DNA of 64,000 nucleotides from Eledone cirrhosa (lineage: Eukaryota): NCBI GenBank assembly GCA_964016885.1, contig OZ024740.1:49848001-49912000 (forward strand), read 5' to 3'. A model generated the notes under the pieces. The model saw only the letters and a program-made list of their open reading frames with translations, searched no databases and was not told the origin of the DNA. Both the position numbers and the translations under genes were made by a program. Below, one piece after another: positions 52,669-64,000 of the stretch. The stretch's first letter is position 1; each line of letters starts with the position of its first letter.

Positions 52669-53469
52669 ATACATACATAAATACATACATAAAAACATAC
52701 ATACATACATACATACATACATATCCGAAAATGCTTATATTTCTAAAATAGAGTCGTCTAACTTGCATCCTATACAATAAATCAGTGAATGGATTTGAAG
52801 CCAACAAAAGCATTTCTGCACCGAAGATTGACCTATTAGAAATAGCTATTAAATACCCCTGAAACAGCAGCATACACTATTTAACAAAATAGAAAAAAAT
52901 ATATTTTTATTTTTAAATTTAAGAAAATTCATTCACGATGTTAATGGCTGGAATAGCTTTGGCTATATGTTTGCATCATGAAACTTGTCTCGATAACAGA
53001 GCTGGCATTTCTCCCTCAAATTCCTCACCTACTTTCTATCAATACTTACTATTAATACACTAGATAATATTTTCCGAAATCTTAACAACAAGTAGGAAGA
53101 TTTGGATCATACGTCAGCTCAATCTGGGCTGAGCCGAGGCTGAATAAAACAACAATGGAGCAGTGATAGATTGGTAAGACAATTTTTTTTCAGTGGAGTG
53201 TGTCATCATATTCACATTTACATGAACATGTGTATTTACTTCACATATACAGATAAACAATCTACTTGTACTGAAAACACTGCCTCTAATTTGTTAGAAA
53301 TTGGGTTTTTTTTATTTTTATTCACAGCAATAACTCATGTGTGTATGCATACACACACATGAACGCTTACATTAATATGTATGAATGTGTATATGTACAT
53401 GTATAAATACATACAAACGCATGAACACATCCATAAACACACACACATGCACACACACACATACACATA

Positions 53470-53548
<79 letters not shown>

Positions 53549-54516
53549 TATATACTTATATATATATACATATATATACACATCACTAGTTGGTGGTATG
53601 TGTGCGCGTGTTAGTGTGTGGCATGAGTGAGCTGACATTTGTGCTGCTAAAACATCAAACAAATTTAACTGACATCTTTTTATTTAACCTTTAAGTCTCA
53701 TGGCATTGTATCTTTAAACCTTCAGTGAATGACCAGTTGGAATATTTTTTAATCCAAAATAATGAATATTTGGAATGAAAATATGCCCTCCTCGATGTAT
53801 GTGACCTTATGGTTTTAGCTTAAAATGCCATTGTAAAGTGTATTTCTGGATGAAATATATAGAGTTTCACATATATCGACTGAGGTCGCGTGATGTCATG
53901 TACCAAATCACTGTTAATTTTATTATCATACTAAAGCTAAATACCTGCTCTATTTGTTTGACTAAATATTCTCCGTTAAAAGGGGAAAAATTCTATTTTC
54001 ATAACAAAAAATTTGATAATGCTTTGAACTATGTTTTTTTATAATGGTAAAGGAAGTTGATATTTTATGTCAGCGGTAAAACACCCAACAACTTGCCTCA
54101 AACTGTTTAACTCTTTACTTCACATTTCGGAGTTTCCAACACTGCGTTTTTCCATCTTTCAATGCTCAATATAATAAATACACTTAATGACGTTACATTG
54201 CCAGAATCGGTAGAGTGACGGCCAAATTTCCTTATGGTATTTAGTAAGGTTTCTTTAAGTTCTGATTTCGAATCATGCTAAGGTCAATTTTCCCTTTCAC
54301 CCTTCTGTGACAGATAAAATATATGCTAGTGAAGTCTCTATGCTAATATACTTTTTAGAATTTCAATGCCCACTGGATGAAACATATTAGGACTAACATA
54401 CGGATAACATGCCTGGGTAATAATTCTTGGTGATGCATTTCTTTTTAATATGCTAATTCTAACGATTACAAATGTGCAATATTTACATCTACTAAGCGAT
54501 TCCCTATTCAAAACTT

Positions 54517-54598
54517 CAGCAAGTACGGTGAAGTCTATGCTTCACTGAGGAGATCTAATAACCCTGAAACAACCCCAGAGTTGTCTCCCGACTTGCTG
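54517..54598 (+). ncRNA. Hammerhead-like motif with full stem III
   Basis: CTGAGGA (54545)..GAAA-CAAC-cccaga-GTTG-TC; closing stem cagcaagt.cgg/ccg.acttgctg; stem II is weak. Confidence 0.45.
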
Positions 54599-55284
54599 AC
54601 ATTATTAAAATAATGATTTCTACTAAAGGCACAAGGCCAGCAGTTTGGGGGAGAGGAAAGTCGATAAATTTACCCCAGTACATTACTTGTACTTTATTTT
54701 ATCGAACCCCTAAGGATGAAAGGCAAAGCTAAGTCATTGAGGTCCGTATAAATATTTCTATTTAGAGATTTTAAACTCACTGCATTAAGTTAACATTAAC
54801 TTAACTGTTGTTTTCTAATGAGGACACTTTATAAGCTTACGGTTTCAAAAGAATAAAATTGATGCAATTAATGTGGTGCTTGACAAGTTGATGGCTTGTA
54901 TATTTTGGAAACAAATTAAAGAGAATGGGAATCGTGGAAAATTGCCTATCACTGGGATAATAAAAAAGCTGTATGTTGTTAATGGTGAAAATTTCAGTCG
55001 TATTAATAGAGTATGGGTAGAAGAGATGTAGAGAATCTAGTAAACTAGATTAACAAAAGTAGGTGGTTTGCAACGAGACTAGACTGTTCAGAAGAATTAT
55101 GTTTGTTGAAAATGTTAGAAAAATACTGCAGTGATGTGATAGATCAAGAAATTAAGCATTTCAAATAACGACACTTTGTCGATCTGGAGTGTAGATTTCT
55201 ACATATTTTGAACGGTACTTGATTGAGAGACATAATATTACACTCATACACACACTCACACAGACACACACACACAGACACACA

Positions 55285-55316
<32 letters not shown>

Positions 55317-55972
55317 TACATACACACACACACACACAGATACACACACACCACACACGCACACACACACGCACGCACACACAAACAAACGCATACACAC
55401 AGACACACACACTCAAACACTGTCTCAGATACGCACGCATTCAAATGTGCATGTATATATGTGCATGTATATATGTGCATGTATATATGTGCATGTGTAT
55501 ATGTGCATGTGTATGTGTGTGTTGCATGAACAACATGACTGTATTCTATCTTCATCAGTGTTTCCTTTTATATCTACTTGTGTGAGGGTGGTAGACTGTC
55601 AGAATCTTCAGAGCGTCGAACAAATATTTATCAATATGTGTTCTGGCTCTTTACTTTCAGAGTTAAAATCCCACGGACATCATCTTTGCCTCTCATCTTT
55701 CCCAAATCGGTAAAATAAGTTACCAATAAAAAAAACTGGAGTTGATTTAATCGATTTTTCCCTTTCCTTCAAATTGCTGACATTGTAAGGCTGGTGGATT
55801 GCCATAAATAGCTGAGCGTCGGAAAGAATGCATCATTTGTCCTGGCTTCTAATATTCTGAGTACAAACTCGGGATCAATAACATAAAGTAGCAGTCAAGT
55901 ACTGGGTTGGTTTAACCAGCTTTGCCCTTTTCCCAAATTGTATGAACTAAATTACAAACTAATATTTTCGTG

Positions 55973-56058
<86 letters not shown>

Positions 56059-56218
56059 TGTTTACATGTCTTTCTCTTTCTCCACCCGCTACTTTTTATC
56101 CCAACTTATTTTAGTTATTGAATCGCCCTAGGCTGAGGTATCTTGTCTCTAACGTGAATAAATACCTATGATGCCTAGTAGGCAACTGATGATGGATAAT
56201 CCTAACTTCTAATTTTTC

Positions 56219-56260
<42 letters not shown>

Positions 56261-56945
56261 TTAAAAAAAAAAAAAAATATTTTTAATATTTTTTTTTTAA
56301 TATTTTAAATATTTTTAAATATTTTAAATATTTTTAATATTTTTTTTAATATTTTAAATATTTTTAATATTTTTTTTTTAATATTTTATCTTGACTCTGT
56401 ATTCCGTTTATCTTTCACCGAAAGTGATTTTTCATTGCATCTCTTCTTTCCATGATATCCGGATTACATTGAGTTCTTCATACGGATTGGACACTACCGT
56501 AAACTCTTGGTAGATTTATCTATATATATATATAGTTTTCCACTGGTAGTCGTGAAGAGTGAAAAAACGCGTATATTGGACGTGGCCCATAAAAATGTCT
56601 ATAAATTTCAAAATACAACATAAAATATAATGAAAAAGAGGGAGCGTCTTATGCGAAGGGGCGTCCAATAGGCCGGCAAATACGGTATATTGTTATTAAT
56701 AATTTAGCGTTAAAAAAATATACATTGCCACGAAAAAAGCCATAAATATTTACGGAAGTTATTTGCGATTCCGCGAATATGCGCTGGTTTCCACAAACAA
56801 TTATTAGTTAGGTTCTAAGTAAAATTCCACGAATAACCGGGACCGCGAATGCCAGGGTACACTGTATATATATGGGGGGGGGGGGTGCGCGCGCGCATAT
56901 GCACAAGGCCATAAAATTTGGGGAAAAGGAAAAGTTGATTTATAT

Positions 56946-57259
56946 CAGGGGCGTGCAACAGGCGGCCTGCAGGCCACAATCCGGCCCGTCAAACCAGTCA
57001 GAGTGGCCCGCGATGACCGTTTTTAACTTTTACCTTGTAGGCTTATTTAGAATTTTTTTCATAACCGTAATACAATTTTCTGTTAGTTGACCTATACTAA
57101 AGGGCTTCACTGATAGGGTTGTGTGTGTTATAATTTCCCAGTTCCATGGAAAGAAGTTGTGGTGAATCTTTGGAATAGTGCTTAATAATTATTTATGGCC
57201 CTAATAGTTGTTCCAATGTTCAAACGTGGCCCGCCAATGGAATATGTTGCACACCCTTG
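56946..57259. mobile_element. hAT-type MITE with 8-bp TSD, inserted in a SINE remnant
   Basis: TIRs CAGGGGCGTGCAACA / TGTTGCACACCCTTG; TSD ATTTATAT at 56938-56945 and 57260-57267. Confidence 0.85.
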
Positions 57260-57837
57260 ATTTATATCAACCCCAGTACTTAACTAGTACTTTATGTTAG
57301 TAGGGACTGTTTACTTCGAAATTTCGCCTATAATACAGGCTTTCCAAAGCTATGTTAATTAAAATGAACTAATTCTTATATAAAATATGGAATAGGGAAG
57401 ATGTAGAGGATTGACGTAAATATGACTATATTTACGAGGAGAGATGGGAATTTTACTACACGTAGAAGTAAACAGAAGAAAAGGCATAGGGCTATTTAAA
57501 GTATCTGCCACGTATTTATTCAGCTGAGAAATAAATTTTTATTTGCATTGAGTGTTGAGGTAAAGATTTTAGATACAAACAGCTAATAGCAATAATTCCT
57601 AACCTTTATTTTCCAAAACATAAATACGACAGTTTATATAAATTATAATATATGTATTCTTCTACGTGAATACATCAATAAATATGAATATTCCTGTAAC
57701 TGGCAGGAAACGGTTCTTTCGTGAGTAATAAGACGAATAGTAAAAAATATATAAATATATAAAACATGAAAATATTATAAAAAGAGAACCAAAGTGAAAA
57801 CCTTTTCTTTTTCGTACAACTGGGTATAACTATATAT

Positions 57838-57882
<45 letters not shown>

Positions 57883-57907
57883 TATAAATATATATATACA
57901 TATATAT

Positions 57908-58176
57908 GCAAAGTTTTATTTAAATTGTTGGGTTAACAACGAGTAAATATTTATAACTGATATAAAAGCACTCAACAAGTATTTGGAGTATATTTACGAT
58001 ATTAAATAAATGGAAACTATATTTATAAAACCATATTTATTTCATTATATATATTTCAGGGATATCATATTAAAAATATGCTATGCCTTCTTCAGACAAA
58101 ATACAATATAAACAGAAATATATATAATGAAATAAATATGGTTTTATAAATATAGTTTCCATTTATTTAATATCGT
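57908..58176 (-). mobile_element. Family H1 copy with intact hammerhead core (58038-58103, minus)
   Basis: Homologous to 1174-1493; core CTGAAGA..CCCT-GAAA-TATATA-TA; short inverted segment at 58115-58176. Confidence 0.75.
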
Positions 58177-58199
58177 ATATACATATATATATATATATA

Positions 58200-58900
58200 T
58201 ATATCATAAAACATGTCTATAGAATAACAAGATAAAATATATACTATTTCCTCTCCCAGTTAGCATAATTAACTATATAAAAAATCGAATAGACCAGGCT
58301 ATACGAATGAGGCTTCTATGAAGGAATCTCCGACAAATAACCAAAACTAGCGCTTCACGTCGGCCTTCCAACTTGACCGCGACTACGTCACGATTTTTAG
58401 CCATTTTGAAATGAATTCTTGGCGCGATCGCTTTGGAAAATTTAATGTCTAGATATGAGCGAGCTTCCTGAAGAATCCGGCGCTCGAGTTTATATAGTTA
58501 TTACATAATTATTGCAAAACTCAAAACACGGACGAAACCATGGTAGAGGTATTTAAATGTATTCTATTTTCTCCTAGTTTATTTTAAACCTAATTCTGCT
58601 TAGTTGACTGTATCTAGGCGATTACGCTGTCGAAATATTCGATAAATATTCCACTACGGCCGACGCGAAGCGCTAGTTTTGGTTATTTGTCGGAGATTCC
58701 TTCATAGAAGCCTCATTCGTATAGCCTGGTCTATTCGATTTTTTATATAGTTAATTATGCTAATTGGGAGAGGAAATAGTATATATTTTATCTTGTTATT
58801 CTATTGACATGTTTTATGATATATAGCTCTGATTGTTTAATTTATTAATTTTTCATTGAGCCACAAAGTGACCAGTTGCAAAACACTCATATGTATGTAT
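58200..58900 (+). mobile_element. Hammerhead mini-element, family H8, with inverted 5' segment
   Basis: 58200-58365 is the reverse complement of 58658-58825; flanked by (TA)n. Confidence 0.7.
58464..58549 (+). ncRNA. Type-I hammerhead ribozyme
   Basis: CTTC-CTGAAGA-aTCCG..gagttt/aaactc..CGGAc-GAAA-CCATGG-TA-GAGG; GUA cleavage triplet; palindromic stem III. Confidence 0.75.
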
Positions 58901-58904
58901 ATGT

Positions 58905-61054
<2,150 letters not shown>

Positions 61055-61839
61055 TAAACAAATAATGAACAAACAATTCCTTATATTAAACAAAAAAAGT
61101 TCACTATTTAACGATCGTTTCTAGGGCATATATGTGTTATAATTGGTATGCATATTTAACAGATCTATGTACAAAATTATACAAAATTATACAAATTATC
61201 AAGATTAAATATACATACCTAACTCATATATACGCCGTCTTCAGAAATAATGAAGTATATTTATTGATAATAACAACAATTCAAAATATCAGTTCAAAAT
61301 TGACCAATGAAAACACAAAGGGTTAAAAGCAGTTTGGTGTGTGTATATACATGTAAAACCCTACACATATTTTACAATAATGTGTGTATAATTTGTATGT
61401 GCATACTAAAAAGATGGATGCAAACACAAAATTTCAAGGTTAATATCTCTGTAAGCTTAATGCGCTGATAAGATACTCAATGATACTTATGGAGTCAAGC
61501 ATATAAATATATTTTTTTCATACTCACACATATCAGTATAATCACACATACATGTGCGTATATGCATAAATATACACATAACCACGAACATACAAACACA
61601 CACACTCCCCCACTCACATTTATATATGTGGATATAAAATCATAAGCAAATAGAAATTAAGTCACTCACATAAAACACTGGCACACACAATTCAAGATCA
61701 AGATACAGAAATTAGGTGGGAGGGGGGGGAGGGGTCAGTATTAGATTGTCAGACCAGACTGCCTAATATAAATGTATCTATAAATTAAGAAAAATAAAAA
61801 AATAAAAACAATAAAATATAATAAATATAATAAAATGTA

Positions 61840-62026
61840 CATACACATACAGATATACATACACATACATACATGTACGCGCACATAGAGATATTTACAC
61901 ATACATACATACACACATACCTATACAGTCATACACACACATACATTTACACGAACATACACATACACATATAAAAAGATATAAATACACACACACACAC
62001 GCGCAACACATACACACATACACATA

Positions 62027-62060
<34 letters not shown>

Positions 62061-62412
62061 CATACACACACACATAGACTCATATATATATATATACACA
62101 TACACATACATATATAAACATATATATCCACACACTCATACCACCATAAATACACATACAAACACCCACATGTATATATATATATATATACATATATATC
62201 CACATACACACACGTACACACATATATATATATATATATATATACACATACACATATATATATACGCACACATAAAAAACAGACATGCACATATATATAT
62301 ATATATATATATTTCATTACTCTTATATATACACATAGTATATATACATACACAACCTCACTTATACACATATACACATAAGTTATATTACAATAATAAT
62401 AAAGAATAATAT

Positions 62413-62445
<33 letters not shown>

Positions 62446-62555
62446 CATACATACATATATATACATACATACATACACATACATACATACACATAAATAT
62501 ATACATACATAAATACACACATACGAATAAAGACATATATTCACACATAGACACC

Positions 62556-62587
<32 letters not shown>

Positions 62588-63060
62588 TCTATATATATAT
62601 ATATACATATATATATGTATATATATATATACACATACACACACACACACACACACAGACACACATACACACTCACATATATATATATATATATGTGTAT
62701 GTGAGTGTGCGCAAATACACATATATATACACACACACATACAAACACACACAAACACATACATATGCATACGTGCACACACACACACATATATCACATA
62801 GATACGAAGATAAACATATAAATAGAGAGACATACAAATATATACAGAACCCATATACACATACATACAAACACGCATATACATATACATACATATATAC
62901 ACATACATATATTCCTATATACAAGCATACACATACATACACATATATACATATACATACACATATACATACCACACATTCACATACACATACATATATA
63001 ATACATATATATACATATATATACATACATATGTATGTACAATCATATATACACACTCAA
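61840..63060. repeat. Degenerate (CA)/(TA)/(TACA) microsatellite field
   Basis: Visible directly in the sequence. Confidence 0.9.
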
Positions 63061-64000
63061 TCTTACATTCATATTAACATGCTCATATATGTATTTTATA
63101 TTTAGAAATAAATACCAAAACCTATATATACACCCACCTACACATATATTCATACATATACGCTTACAAAAACAGATGATAATAGTATGGGGGAAAGGGG
63201 GGGTTTGGAGAAGGGGATCAAAGTAAATATATGTTTCAAGAAACATATAATATTTTCCGTATCTTAATTCAATGTATGTTCTTACATATTTTCAGTGCTA
63301 GGAAATACGAAATCTATGCATCTCAAAATAAAAAAGTATACCATTAATCATATGTTAACTAAACCAAAGATAGTCAACATATTGATTTCCAAGGTGTAAA
63401 TTAGTTAGGTTTATAATATTTGAAGCAGAATTATGAAGTCAAACAGTAGTAGATTATTAATTACATTATAACTAAATTAAAGTTAATAACGTTATGGTAT
63501 CAATATTAGGAGATGAATTTAGTAATAGGGAAAAGAAACCCAAATAAAAATAAAATAAAGTATTACATCGGTAGTAGCATATAAATTATATGTTAACTAA
63601 ATTAAAAATTATATATTTATTTCAATAGTATACGTTAATTAGTATATGTTAATTAGGTATACAATACATAAAGCAGATATTGTATTTCATCAATAGCATA
63701 ATATAATTATATGCAAATAAAAATCAAAATTAATACGCATACATATACATATACATACACATACACATACATATACATATACACACATATATATATATAT
63801 ATAGACATATATACACATATATACATATATACTCACATAAACATACATACAGATACACATACACAACACACACATATACATATACATATAGATATACATA
63901 TCTTTTTCAAAAAATTGCACAGAATATATTAACTAGGTATATATCCAAAACACATCCCATTCTATGATTACATGACATTCTGCAATTCGTCTGTACAAGG

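Overview
Repeat-saturated, AT-rich animal genomic DNA with no recognisable host protein-coding exon. The tRNA-head SINE families and extreme (TA)n/(TACA)n/(CA)n content suggest an octopus or other cephalopod (inference). Most ORF-track entries are microsatellite artefacts. The real content is retroelements sorted by microsatellite type. (1) Two full-span but disabled R4/Dong-clade RLE non-LTR retrotransposons lie head-to-tail in a (TAA)n tract (21.3-30.4 kb) and share a homologous 5' leader. (2) (TACA)n tracts (31-40 kb, 49.3-52.7 kb) hold RLE-element 3' ends on one strand, and RTE fragments plus a young ~610-bp RTE-derived non-autonomous element (8 copies and a sister family, structured 5' end) mostly on the other. 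(3) At least eight apparently unrelated families of short, non-coding, often foldback elements, mostly beside (TA)n tracts, carry type-I hammerhead-ribozyme motifs (Penelope pLTR/retrozyme-like). Also present: hAT and Tigger/pogo MITEs, many SINEs, (TA)n-centred palindromes of flanking DNA, and multi-kb simple-repeat arrays. All alignments and folds were done by eye.
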